A stretch of DNA of 63,302 bases, counting the filler, from Olpidium bornovanus S191 (taxonomy: Eukaryota; Fungi; Olpidiomycota): assembly GCA_017911155.1 (NCBI GenBank). It is 29 parts of 29 records of this genome, joined end to end, with 100 filler letters (N's around TTAATTAATTAA, not from the genome) between each part and the next. Parts side by side here need not be neighbours in the genome. Positions count along the whole stretch, not along the records: positions 8,618 to 11,777 come from JAEFCI010010245.1; positions 11,878 to 14,489 come from JAEFCI010004374.1; positions 14,590 to 15,761 come from JAEFCI010001164.1; positions 15,862 to 18,844 come from JAEFCI010011370.1; positions 18,945 to 20,135 come from JAEFCI010001342.1; positions 20,236 to 22,734 come from JAEFCI010001621.1; 23 more parts are not named here. One strand, written 5' to 3'. The position numbers and the translations under genes were made by a program. Below, in pieces: positions 11,392-22,834 of the stretch (position 1 is the first letter of the stretch; every line of letters starts with the position of its first letter). Below the pieces are notes generated by a model. The model was given only the letters and a program-made list of their open reading frames with translations, ran no database searches and had not been told where the DNA came from.

Positions 11392-11619
11392 TTTGTTGCA
11401 ATGCTCATGGATTACCGGCTCTCTTCCGACGTGCCCGCGCCGTACTACGGCGTCTGCGACCTGCTGCGGCCCGCGTCCGCTGCCGTCAAAAAGAGCGGGG
11501 AGGCCCTGGCGTCGGCGTTCATCTCCAACTGCTCGGCGAGGAACAACCGCAAGGAGGTACTGGAGGAGCTGATGACGTACATATCCGTCCACTCGTACGG
11601 GTCGTGCCTGCACAACAAG
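11392..11619 (+). CDS. Internal exon of a GT10 alpha-1,3-fucosyltransferase
   Basis: LMDYRLSSDVPAPYY...KKSGEALASAFISNCSARNNRKEVLEELMTYISVHSYGSCLHNK matches the GT10 pattern SDVP..Y...A.AFISNC.ARN.R...LE.L....SYG.C..N. GT donor at 11620. Upstream exons are not resolved. Confidence 0.82.
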
Positions 11620-11877
11620 GTGCGATGGGGAGAGAGAGAGTGCAAGAAAGAGAGAAAGAATATGTGTGGAGCGGAACAACTTCTCGCAGTTCCCCTCTTA
11701 CCCTCTCGTACGCTCCGCCCATTCCCCCGCCTTCGAACGGGGGGGTAAAGAAGGGTTTAGGTGGGGGCGGGGGCGGGNNNNNNNNNNNNNNNNNNNNNNN
11801 NNNNNNNNNNNNNNNNNNNNNTTAATTAATTAANNNNNNNNNNNNNNNNNNNNNNNNNNNNNNNNNNNNNNNNNNNN

Positions 11878-12218
11878 CATGCCAACACCACCGCGCTCCT
11901 CGACAATCGGGCCCAGGGCTTCAAGCTGGCCGTTTTCGAAAATATAAAGATGCAGCGGGTTTTTGACCGTCAAGCTGCCACCTGCGCGGGAGCCTGATGC
12001 CTCGGGGTGCGCACGGCACGTACCCCGCTCAATGGGTACCGTGCGCACGTGCTGGCTGCCCTCAAGCTCGGGTCGTACAAAAAGTCTTTGAAGAAGCTTC
12101 GTGTCAAGCTGACGGACACTTGTACGCCATTTTTTACAAGCGGCAATGGGCAGAGCAGACGGGCCTGCGAGTCAAGCCGATCAAGCACATGGAAAAAGTT
12201 TCATGCAACTGTGGCTAA
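11878..12218 (+). CDS. 3' end of an unidentified protein (possibly ...FENIKMQR|LGSYKKSLKKLR|RQWAEQTGLRVKPIKHMEKVSCNCG*)
   Basis: GC3-rich codons in the predicted exons and plausible GT-AG introns; family not recognised. Confidence 0.3.
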
Positions 12219-13367
12219 ACAGCCGACGATCGGCGGAAGCAACCACGGCAGGAGCGGCGGCGGCTCCGGCGGCGGCCGTAGGAGGGAGAAACCCTTTTGT
12301 GGAGGGCATCGGGTGATGGCTCCGCTCCGCCCGCCCAGAGGTACGGATCCCCAAACAAAGGAGGGAGGGAAGATTTATAGGACATTACATGTCGATTTCA
12401 ATCATTTCCCTGTTTTTTGCAACGTCAAATCACCGGATGAAAATTCTGTGAATTCTAACGTGTGCTTTAGTGATAATCTAGGTAGGTCGGGGACGGAATT
12501 CTCGGGCTCGCGGTCATATCGAACTTCAGCATGGCAACCAATTATCTCCGATCATGGACGACTGTAAGGCTCAATCAGGGCTGAACGCCCGCATTCGGAA
12601 GAGTGTATTTGATTCCGGGCGAGCGACCGTTTACGAGACGATATTCCCGCGTCCGGCACCGGAGGTTCCGGTGGCCAGGCGGTTTCAATCGTTCGGCTCG
12701 AATTGGGAAACCATCAAGTCATCTGCAAAGCTGCTTTCGATTGTCCGCGAGAGGTCCTGCTCACGCTGCGAATGTTTACCTGGGACAACTTGGCACCAGC
12801 GCGGATGGACTTCGTTCCCACCCGATCGTCGATATGTTCTCGAGCAGGCGGGCCGGGAATGGACATCCCTTGGAGGGATTTCCCCGCCACCCGAGACGTA
12901 CTGCCCGCCGAGGAATCTCGGTGGCGTGCTTGCGAGGTTGCGCGGCGTGTTCATTCATCGGACGTTTGTGGTAGCGCAGGCGTCGAAGAAACGACGACTG
13001 ATAAGCGATTTTCACAATGTGAATTCCCATCCCGAGAAAATTCACTTTGGTTTCTTTTAAAAGACACCGATCGCATAATGTTCGAACGTCAATTACGCAA
13101 TTTTGTTAGACGTCGCCGGCCTTTCTCCGTGTGCCGATCTTGCAGGGCCGGTCGAGAATTACTATTGATTTTTCTGTGCAGTCGAAACCAAAATGTGGCG
13201 CTGTACTGCAAACTCTCCGCCGTCCGCGCCACGGTAAACATTCACGTGGAAACGTCCCGGCCCCCGTCGGACGTCGCCTCGTCAAACCGTTTGCAACGGT
13301 TGGCTTGCTCGGACAGTCCCCACCGTGCCCCTGGACCACGCGGGCCGTCGCAGTCATTTCGGACGGA

Positions 13368-14489
13368 ATGTGGTGGATACGATTCCTCAAACCGCCGCTG
13401 GATACGCTAGAGGCGTCCTCGGAGACTGCATTTCTGTACACCATAGTCAGTGACCTCGGCGACGACTGCTTTCCGTGCGAAGCCGAAGGTGCCCGGTCCT
13501 GTGTCGTCAAAAAGCGGGGCGGCGAAAAGGAAAAACGAACGTCCTAGTAGTTTCGTGGACTGGGGGCGCGCGACGCGTCGTGTGAGGAAACGAAAGCCGA
13601 ACGACCAACGCCTCGTTCTCCGCGTGCCTGGGCCCCGCCACCCCGTTCTAGTGCAACTCCGCCTCCTGCACGTCGGTGATGCCGACCACAACCGCAGGAG
13701 ACGCTCGGACACGGCCCTGCGACTTTCGTACATTCCAGGCAACCCGTACTGCGAAGCAAAGTTCCGCGCCCCCGACGGGCCTGCGCGCGTCAGGTTGTGC
13801 ATGACCGCGCGGCCTTTGTCAACCGAAGCCGGCCACGTGGAAGCCGGAAGCGTTGATATGTACGGCAACGGCCTTATGCGTGTCATTCTGGGAGAGGATT
13901 ACGGGGGAGACGGAGGGAGGGCGGCGGTTGTTCCACTGTTTAGCCTTCCTATCTCAGTTATTCCGCGAGCGAAGAAAGGTGACCGCGGCGGATCCGGGAA
14001 GCGACAGACCTCATGTGTGCGGGAATTCCACCTTGGGCGGCGCACTTGTGTCCCGCTGTCAATCACGGAGGAATGCTCCCATTCGCTTTTTTCGTACGTT
14101 CCGTCACGCCGGCTTCCGCGGTCGCGTCTACCGCAGCCTACAACAACAGCACCTCTTCCTTGGACATTCTCATTTCTACCAGGCATGTCTGGGATTGCGG
14201 CGTAGCCCTGGCCGCCTTCCTTGTAGCGCATCCGGAGCCATTCCTTTCACCGGGCCGAGCCGTGGTCGAGCTCGGATCGGGGACTGGTATGGCTGGGATC
14301 GCCGCCTCCGCCATCGCCGCAACGTTAAAGCGATCGGGCGTTGCGGCAAAACCTGCCACGTTCGTGTTGACCGACGTTGGAGACGCTCTCGCGCTGATCT
14401 TGCATAACGTCCGCGCAAACGCTGCTGCTGCGCCGGCTTCGGTCTGCGAGCTTGTCTGGGGCGCTGACGGGCCCGCTGCGGCAGGCATG
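13368..14489 (+). CDS. METTL21/Efm-type (Methyltransf_16) protein methyltransferase, 3'-truncated
   Basis: Fungal N-terminal MWWIRFLKPP...TIVSDLGD; HVWDCGVALA, VVELGSGTGMAG (SAM motif I), VLTD, CELVWG. Intron 13489-13651. Confidence 0.85.
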
Positions 14490-14589
14490 NNNNNNNNNNN
14501 NNNNNNNNNNNNNNNNNNNNNNNNNNNNNNNNNTTAATTAATTAANNNNNNNNNNNNNNNNNNNNNNNNNNNNNNNNNNNNNNNNNNNN

Positions 14590-15227
14590 CATGCAGAAAA
14601 AGCGCAAGGCCGAAATAGGCGGACTGGAACGCGGTCTTTCGGATTTTAGGGAGTCATTGAAAGACAGGATCGTTGCGGGGATCAGGAAGCGGTGGGATTT
14701 GGATCCTCGATCCATCTGGTCCCGTCTAAATCTGTACGACTCGCGTTTGATGCGCGATTCGCGCGTTATTTTGCAGGACGAAACTCTACTCCATAATGAA
14801 AGAGCCTGTTCACCACCTGGTCGAAGGCCTTTCGGCTCTGGGAGACGAATATCGCCAAGCAACAGATTCTTTGGCGGTAGGTGTCGCTTCCTCGCAGAAA
14901 AGCGAAAAGCCACGTGATGAACCGACCGCCTGATTTGAACCGTTCCGCTGCCGCAGCCCGCCCTTGACGTGCTGCGGCAGATGAACAGCGGGGAGACAGG
15001 GACTGCCGAACTGCCAGCCGCCTGCCAGACGGACTGCTGAGGCGTCTTCTCCGGTGAGACTTGTCTTTGCCGGCGGCGCAGTGTTCCGGATTTGGTTGAC
15101 CAACGCGAAGTCGCTTCTCGCTGATCCAGGCGCCAAGCCTCATCTGGCCGGGACGGCGGTTGCCGGCGGCCGCAAGCGGCCCCGGCGGCGGCACGGAAAA
15201 AATTGCGCAACGTGCCAGGCAGTCTAA
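14590..15227 (+). CDS. Partial hypothetical helical protein, 3' exons
   Basis: Spliceable frames MQKKRKAEIGGLERGLSDFRESLKDRIVAGIRKR|TKLYSIMKEPVHHLVEGLSALGDEYRQATDSLA; no family recognised. Confidence 0.3.
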
Positions 15228-16330
15228 TTGATTTTTTCTTTGCGGTTTTTTTTTTCCTCCTTTCCAGCGTTCTCTTTTTTTTTCACAATTTTCCTTTCCA
15301 GTTTACTCTCGTACCTTTTCTCCACCTCCCAGTTGTGTTGTTTGGAGCCGAGATGCTGTTTGATAATGTTATGAATTTCATTTGAATTGACATTTCCCAT
15401 TCAGAGAAAGGGGGGGTGGTAACAAAGGACTAAGAATGCCGTGTGGGGCCACGTGACTTCCTACGCTACTGCGCCGATGCGGGCGAAGCGTCCGCGCGGC
15501 ACATTTGGCCCGAGCTCGTTCCAATCCTTTTTCAGGTCGTGCAACGGTTAGCGCAGCGGCAGTCCGAGGCCGGATTTTCAGCACGCCCTCCTGCCCTCCG
15601 GCCCTTCTCCGCAAATCAGCGAATTTTATTTATAAAAACACATGCAGAATCTCCACCTCGAAGCGGAGGGGCGAAGGCGGACGCGGGGGACGGACGGACG
15701 GTTAGCCGGCTTGGGTGCAAATTATTCGCTCCACCAGGAGCCCCTCTGGCCACGCCTTTGCNNNNNNNNNNNNNNNNNNNNNNNNNNNNNNNNNNNNNNN
15801 NNNNNTTAATTAATTAANNNNNNNNNNNNNNNNNNNNNNNNNNNNNNNNNNNNNNNNNNNNGCCCGCGGGCCCCCCCCCCCCCCCCCCCGGGCCCTCCCC
15901 CCCCCCCCCCCCCCCCCCGACCGCAAAGACGGACGTTAAGACAGACGAAGGGGCATCAGGCTCGGTGACTGTCGCCACTTGGCGCCAGCGGCCTGGGAAG
16001 CCTCCGGGTAAGCCGCGGACTTCCGCGTGCGGGCGTGCTTTGGTTTTACAACCTGTACGTTGACGGGGTGGCCGCAGGACGGCATCAGACTCCCGATGGT
16101 CTGTGAGCGGTGAGCGGGAGATGACGGACGCAGCCACGGGGCGGGGCACTGTCATTGGGCAACCTTTTTTTTTTTTTTTTTTTTTTTTTTCGTTTACCGT
16201 CCCGGGTGGGGGTGTGTAGAGTTTTACTTTTTAAAATTTTTTTCTCCTTCTGTCCCTACGAGCGCCCGCCTCGCATCCGCCGACGTAGGGCACCAGAGGA
16301 GCTCGCGCCGGAGCGGAAAAGGCCCGCACG

Positions 16331-17783
16331 ATGGTACTTTCCTCTTCGCCCCCCTTCCCCTCACGGCGCTTCCTCTACCTCCGGCCGCGTCCGTCTCCTG
16401 CTCCCCAAGACTCGCCGCCGGGGAAAAGGGGGCGCGCGCGCGCGAAACCGCGGACCACTTCTGCGCCGTCGGCTTTAATCTCCACCTTGCGACGGCTTGC
16501 CTGAGGAACTGCCAGCTCCGGACGGTGCCCGTGTGTCCCCCGCCGGCCTAGGGGTTTCAGCGCGTTTGCGGGTTCCCTGGAGGGGGCGGGGGTGGCCGGC
16601 GTCTGCGAACGCTGCCGTGGCGGGAGATCGCAGGACGGCCGACCCTGCGGGGGTCGTCTCCTGAAAGGGAGTGTGCGCGCGGGGGTTCCTTGCCGCGTTT
16701 GCCGCCGGGGAAAACGGAGAGACACCTGAGCTGGGAGCGTCCGGGAAGCATCCCTTCGGAAGGAATCTTTTTGCCTTGCTCGTCGTAGGGTGGCCGCGTG
16801 GCGGGAGAGGAGGAAACGCCAAAGAAGGAAAACGGTTTCTTCCCCCGGGAATTCGAAACCGTGCCGACGTTTTGGCCCCGCTGGCGACTGACGCCGGCAG
16901 AAACGTTTTTCTGGGCCACCTTGCAGGCCACCCAGAACTCCACCGGAATTCAGACCCTGCTCGAGGCTGAGAAGGAGGCCGCCAAGATCGTGGCCAAGGC
17001 CAAGCAATGTGCGTTCTGATATCCATCTGGCTCCCCCCCCCCCCCCTTATCCTCGCGAAAACCCCCATTCCAACTACAATCGGAAAGGGGGCGGCCTGCT
17101 CCGACAAGCGCGGTGGAACTGGGGTGAGAAGCTGCTGGCGTTCCGGACAGGAAAGATGGAGAAGGCCGAGCCGGCGAGCGTTCCGATCTTCCCTGGTTGG
17201 TGGAATCAGAAGAGGTTCGGTGTCCACGCGAGGTCCGAGGAGTTGCGAGAGAACGGAGACTCAAGAGCAGCCTGTTTTGCTAAAAAAAAAAAAAAAAAGC
17301 TTACTTTGCTCACAGTCGCGGCAACGACGTCCGATCCTTTGCCTTCTCTTTCTTGGGGTAAATCGCAGACCGCATCCAGCGCCTCAAAGACGCGCGTACC
17401 GAAGCCCAGAAGGAGATCGAGCAGCTGAAAGCCCAAAAACTGGCCGAGTTCCAGGATTTTGAAAAGCAGGTGAGGAATTCGTACCTTACCCGTTTGGCGC
17501 CACCGGGCTGCAGATGTGTTTGTTCGCGGCGCGAGGGGGGGCGCAGGGACGACTGCATATTCCCTGTTTTATACCCGACGTTTTCTTCCGCGCGTTCGAC
17601 CAGCATGCCGGATCCTCAGACCAGGTGAACCAGAAGGTCAACGCGGACACCGACAAGGAGCTAGTGCAGATCAACGAGGCATTTGCTGCGAAGAAGCAGT
17701 CTGTCATCGACCGGTTGATGGCCACTGTTGTCACCTGCGAGCCCAAGGCCCACGTTAACGCCAAGCCAGGCGTTAGAGTATGA
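16331..17783 (+). CDS. VMA10: V-ATPase subunit G; exons 16331-16333, 16927-17008, 17369-17469, 17604-17783
   Basis: M|ATQNSTGIQTLLEAEKEAAKIVAKAKQ|YRIQRLKDARTEAQKEIEQLKAQK... is the canonical subunit G N-terminus, with GT-AG introns. The ATG-only first exon is inferred. Confidence 0.93.
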
Positions 17784-18777
17784 AGGACAAGCGGAACGTT
17801 GGACGGCCTTGCTTGGAAAGTTTCGCGATCTAATCCAGCGGCTCGGATAACCCTGGGGGTCCCCGCTTCAGGTGCCGAGCTCTCTTTTTTTTTTTTTTTT
17901 TTTCGCTCCCTTCCAGTTTTTGGTTCATGCGCTCGCCCATGGTTCCGGTTTTTCTTATCCTTGAGTTTTCCCACTTTGACCCCAATCCTACTAGGCAGGG
18001 CCCCTTTTGTAACTTGTCGTTCTTGTGTACCGCGCCTGTTATCTTGTAGTCGGGCAATCATTTCTGGGTGTTGGTTCGGCGCCATTGCCACACTTGGAGG
18101 GCGGCCTGCAGAGGATTTGGCGTGGACGGGCGAGAGCATCGCGACACGTCTTCCGGCCTCCTTTGATTTATTACGGGCGGACGCAACATACCACGAACGA
18201 CGCGCACGACAGGATGTTGTTGCGCGAACGGCGGCCCGGTTCGCCCCTAGTTTTCATTTCGCAGCTCACGCTCGGGAGTTTTCGGACGTCGGGAGTTTGA
18301 GCGGAATCCCCGAGACGGCGGCGAAACTGGGAGGGGGTCGCTTTGCCTGTTCACTATTGGCCCCCGGCCAGCTGCGGGCTGCAAAAGGCGGGCGCCGACC
18401 CAGAAGATAAAACGCGTTTGATCGAGAATATCGTTTATTTATTTTATTTTATTTTTTTATTTTCTTTTCCTGTACCCCCGCCCGCTCGGCGTTTTTTTCG
18501 GCTCCGTTTTAGCCGCCGACGGGGTGGGACCCGCTGGGGCTCCTACTCCTCCTCCTCCTCCTCTTCTTCCCTTGCCCCGCCGAGCGAGGGGATTCCGCGT
18601 GTAACGCACGGGAAAACCGGGGCGGGCGCGAAGGATTTTCCGCGGACGCGCGTTTTACAGCGAGCAGGTTGTTGTCCCCGCCCTGTTCCCCCCGCCCGCC
18701 TGCTGGCGGTTTTCTTTTTTTTTTTTTTTTCCTCGCACCCCGCGTGCGCCTTCCTTTTTTTCCCCGCCACCCTTTCC

Positions 18778-18809
<32 letters not shown>

Positions 18810-18944
18810 TTCTCTTCCCCCCCCCCCCCCCCCGCCCCCTCCGCNNNNNNNNNNNNNNNNNNNNNNNNNNNNNNNNNNNNNNNNNNNNTTAATTAATTAA
18901 NNNNNNNNNNNNNNNNNNNNNNNNNNNNNNNNNNNNNNNNNNNN

Positions 18945-19249
18945 ACTGGAAACATGTTGCCGCCAAATGGGCCTGACCCAAGATGACGACGTGCACCAGT
19001 TGCGGACATCGTTCGTCATGCTCGCACGGGAAGGCGCGGCTCTTTGCGGGGGGGATACCCGAAAACGGCCGTCTTGTTCCTTCCTTCTCTAAAAACGCCA
19101 AAGATAAAGCGACGCAAACCCCAAAACAGGCGTTATCGCCAAATTCGAAAATCGTGCGGGTGATCACGAAGATGAAACAATCCGTCAACGGCGTATACGC
19201 GCGGAACAAGGACCTCATCGCCGATGCGGGGTACGTCCCTCACTATTAA
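18945..19249 (+). CDS. Fragment of a hypothetical protein
   Basis: GC3-rich frame ALSPNSKIVRVITKMKQSVNGVYARNKDLIADAG flanked by AG and GTACGT; unidentified. Confidence 0.25.
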
Positions 19250-19741
19250 GAAGAGTGCCGTTACGTTTGTACGATATGCATTAAGCTCATTCTTTTTTTG
19301 TTAAATTTATAACGACCATTCTAGGTCGGATGGGGCTTCGCATAAAGTCTAAGGGAAGACAAACAGGTTTTCGACGAAAGTATTAAGCACGTTTTTTGAA
19401 AACTTACAATAATGCGTCCGCATGGTAAATAATCTACAGGAAGTCGAACATCTAATAAGGCATACTCGCGGGAGTTACGGGTACTCCGTCAGGGGGATTT
19501 TGCGATGTATATATGCGCCCCGTTCCCCCCCCCGACGACTGTGCGAAAATTCCCCCCCCGACGACTGTGCGAAAAGTTTGAAAACACGAAGGGAAAGGGA
19601 TGACGAGCCATCCGTTCCTTTGGACGGTAGCGAAAGTTGCGAGGAGGCTTGTAAATTAAACCAAAATACCCTAAATGAGGTGGCTTCCGCGTCGGCCGGC
19701 CGCCGCTCGGACGTGGGGCGGGGCCGAAGGCCGCCGCCTCC

Positions 19742-19998
19742 TCAGAGCAGGAACCTCCAGTCGATGAGCGTCTTGGCGGCCAAATTCTTTTCGCCGAAGT
19801 GCGACCGAGCCCTTCTTAGCACCAGGTCGGCCGCGTACACGACCAGCGCCGCCGCCACCGTCCCGGCGTTCGCGTCCGCGCCCGTGGCTCCCGGCCGGTC
19901 GTACGCGACGTCCACCACCGTGAACAGCAGGCCGTACAGCGTCAGAAGCCGCGTTTCGATCCCGTGAAAGATTAGCCTCGAGAACAGGAGGCCCGGGT
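19742..19998 (-). CDS. TMEM67: Terminal exon of meckelin (ciliary transition-zone protein); absent from the ORF track
   Basis: Own translation: DPGLLFSRLIFHGIETRLLTLYGLLFTVVDVAYD...AAALVVYAADLVLRRARSHFGEKNLAAKTLIDWRFLL*, matching the meckelin C-terminus G.KNLA.KTL.D.RFL. CAG acceptor at 19999-20001. Confidence 0.88.
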
Positions 19999-20025
19999 CT
20001 GGCGCGCGCGGGTGGAGGCGGGGAG

Positions 20026-20069
<44 letters not shown>

Positions 20070-20235
20070 CGGCCCCGGGGGGGGGGGGGGGGGCCCCGCC
20101 CCCCCCCGCCCCCCCCTTCCCCCCCCCCCCAGAAANNNNNNNNNNNNNNNNNNNNNNNNNNNNNNNNNNNNNNNNNNNNTTAATTAATTAANNNNNNNNN
20201 NNNNNNNNNNNNNNNNNNNNNNNNNNNNNNNNNNN

Positions 20236-21648
20236 CATGCCGACCGGTTATCAACGTGGCATTGCCTGGACCAGATGAGGCTGCTGGCGGACCAGATCGA
20301 GGTCTGGCCGAAGCGGGTTTACTACGTAAGCGCGGCAAACGCGCCCAAGCTGCGCAACGCGATTACGACCACCTTCGAACACGCGCGGGCGAAACTCCCC
20401 GCGTTACGGGAACGGAAGAAGCAGCAACAGCAGCAGATGCAGCAGATGCAACAACTGCAGCAGGCGCAGCAAGCGCAGCAGGCGAGGGAATCACAGATGT
20501 TTGCCGAGGGCTTGAAGCAGGCGCCGCTGATTGATCTGAAACTGCCGACCGCACGTAAAGGGAAGGCCGCGCAGCAGCAGCAGCAGCAGCAAGGACAGAT
20601 TTCGGCAGGGGCGCAGACGGAGGCCCAGGTAACTGCCTCTGTGGCCCAGTCCGTGCAGCAGCAATTCCCGTCTTGGAACGTCCCCACTACCGTCGCCGGT
20701 GGCCACCCGCAGTCTCAGCCGCCTGCCGCACTAGCGCACATAGCTCGGACGGAGACGGCAAAAGCCCAGTCCCCAGTGCCCTCGACGAAGAAGGCGGGGA
20801 AGAAGTCAGCGCCGAAGAAGCCTCGGGCGCCCAAAGGGAAAAAAGCTGCAGCGGCAGCAGCGAAGGCTCCTCCGGTCCCCACTGTGGCCTCCAAGGCGCA
20901 ACCTGGGCAGCCGGTAGGGTTGTCGGCTTCTGTGGAGCAGTCGGCGCCTGCTCAGACATCAGCGTCAGCTCCTGTCGTCGTCTCTACCGCGGGTGATGCG
21001 GTCAGGGTGGTCCAAGCGCCTGCACCTACTCTGGGCGACGTGGAAACGACCGCAGCGAGGACTTCGCAGTCAGCCGACGTGTCGCGGGTGCCAACGCCGA
21101 AGGAGGACGACAAGTCCGTGCAGAAAGAGAACGACGCTAAACGGTTGGCGAAGATCAACCGTTTGCTGTTCCCGTATGCCAAGACCCCGAGCCGGAAGCG
21201 ACCGATAGACTCCGCCGATGGGCCGGGTGCCGGCGCCAACGACAGAGGACCGCTGCAAAAACGGAAGCTGTTTGTCGAGGAGCCCTACGTCCGCCGCCCG
21301 CGGGCCCCGCCGCGCCCACCCGGTCGTGATCATCTCCCGCACAAGTTTTGCGCCTCCCTACTTCGCAAACTTCTTGGCGAGCCAGAATTGGAGCAGGCTC
21401 CGACGCCGCCGCCGGATCCCGTTGCGGGATACAAGCACGCTTACCGGGAGGTTCCCCGGAACCGTGCACTGGCGAGGCTTCGGAAAATCCTCGGGAGCCG
21501 CGAGGTCGGCGACAAGGCCGCTGCGCCCGCGAAACAGACGGAAGTCGTTTCCAAGTGCGCACCCTCCATCCGCCGTTCGGCAGAGGCGGGCGCGGCGCTG
21601 GCGCGCGCGCTACAACCTCTTAGCGACTGGGGGGTCTTCCGATATTGA
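20236..21648 (+). CDS. 5'-truncated Q/A/P-rich protein, possibly Mediator Med15-like
   Basis: The frame is open from the contig start for about 470 codons with polyQ tracts. QMRLLADQIEVWPKRVYYVS is weakly reminiscent of fungal Med15; the product call is weak. Confidence 0.55.
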   Translation, partial: HADRLSTWHCLDQMRLLADQIEVWPKRVYYVSAANAPKLRNAITTTFEHARAKLPALRERKKQQQQQMQQMQQLQQAQQAQQARESQMFAEGLKQAPLIDLKLPTARKGKAAQQQQQQQGQISAGAQTEAQVTASVAQSVQQQFPSWNVPTTVAGGHPQSQPPAALAHIARTETAKAQSPVPSTKKAGKKSAPKKPRAPKGKKAAAAAAKAPPVPTVASKAQPGQPVGLSASVEQSAPAQTSASAPVVVSTAGDAVRVVQAPAPTLGDVETTAARTSQSADVSRVPTPKEDDKSVQKENDAKRLAKINRLLFPYAKTPSRKRPIDSADGPGAGANDRGPLQKRKLFVEEPYVRRPRAPPRPPGRDHLPHKFCASLLRKLLGEPELEQAPTPPPDPVAGYKHAYREVPRNRALARLRKILGSREVGDKAAAPAKQTEVVSKCAPSIRRSAEAGAALARALQPLSDWGVFRY

Positions 21649-22834
21649 AGGCTTGAGGGACAGAGGTCCCACTCCCCTCTTCCACGGTGAGAAGATATTT
21701 CGACTTTTTTTCCATACCATTGCCGGCGGAATGGTGCCAGCTTGCCCGTCACGGCATCGAGCCTTCCTTCTGCCAGGCATGTTTGCATGCAATTCGCCAT
21801 TCCGTTGAGTTGAGAACTTTTTTTACTTCGACAACACGCTTTCCTCGGGTCCCATAAGTCCGTTCACGCTGGCGATGGCGGACTTGCCCCAAAACTGCTC
21901 GGCTCCTTCGCCCTTTCTCCTCGTTTTCTGGGCCCTGCGCCGGCGTCATAAAGTACTAAATCTAGACGACGCTGGTCCGCGCATGCGAGGGGCGGTTCGC
22001 CGGTCACGCCTCTCTCGAAAATATATAGCTTGCGGCCAATCATACCCACCATTGATCTTGCAGGCTGCTGGAAAACGAAACATAGATTTGCAAGGAAAGG
22101 AACGAAGAAAGAAGAAAAATTACAGCGACCAAATTGGGGTGCGCGATTCCGATCCGCTCTCGTGATATCGGGGCTGTCCGGAATGCCCGCCGGAGATCCG
22201 GGAGACCCCACGGGTGATCAGGCGGCTGTCGGGGAAAGCTCGGGTTGAGAATTCCCCGGGCGGCGGGCGAGCGCACCAGACCGACGAAACCTTTGAACAA
22301 AGGTTTGTACGTACTGAGGCCCAAACACGGCAACTGACCCTGCCCGAGCCCGTCGTGAGAGGTTCATCCTCCCCCGTGACGCTCCTGATTTGGCAACCCC
22401 GGTGGAACGCACCAAACACAACGGTTCTGAGGCAGCCCCGGTCGGTGCCGGAAGCGCACAGGGATGACCCCCCCCCCTCTCCCCACACCTCTTCATACCC
22501 CTCGCCCGCCCGTGCATCGGGGAGTAAAAGACAACGGAAGACCCGGCGTCTTTGCACGACGAGCGTTGGAGGAACCCCGCTTGGGTGCAGCCTCATCGAA
22601 GTCACCCAGCAGCACACCCGGCCCAGCCGCCTGTCAATCCGAGCACTGCGACCCTGATGCACAGATGAGTCCCGAGATTAGAAACGTAAAACCGTTTTAC
22701 CATTAAAAAAAACTTGCCGGGAAGTAAACACATGNNNNNNNNNNNNNNNNNNNNNNNNNNNNNNNNNNNNNNNNNNNNTTAATTAATTAANNNNNNNNNN
22801 NNNNNNNNNNNNNNNNNNNNNNNNNNNNNNNNNN

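Noticed and set aside
11995-11997. In-frame TGA next to Cys (TCAGA*CLG) as a possible selenocysteine
   Set aside because: It falls inside a plausible 108-nt GT-AG intron (11959-12066); no selenoprotein motif or SECIS recognised.
12554-13130. Overlapping ORFs upstream of the methyltransferase, and ORFs at 7962-8444, 22040-22660, 29535-29811, 39418-39646, 40612-41271 and 49399-49710
   Set aside because: No recognisable motifs or consistent exon chain; they could be unrecognised genes, but I cannot support them.
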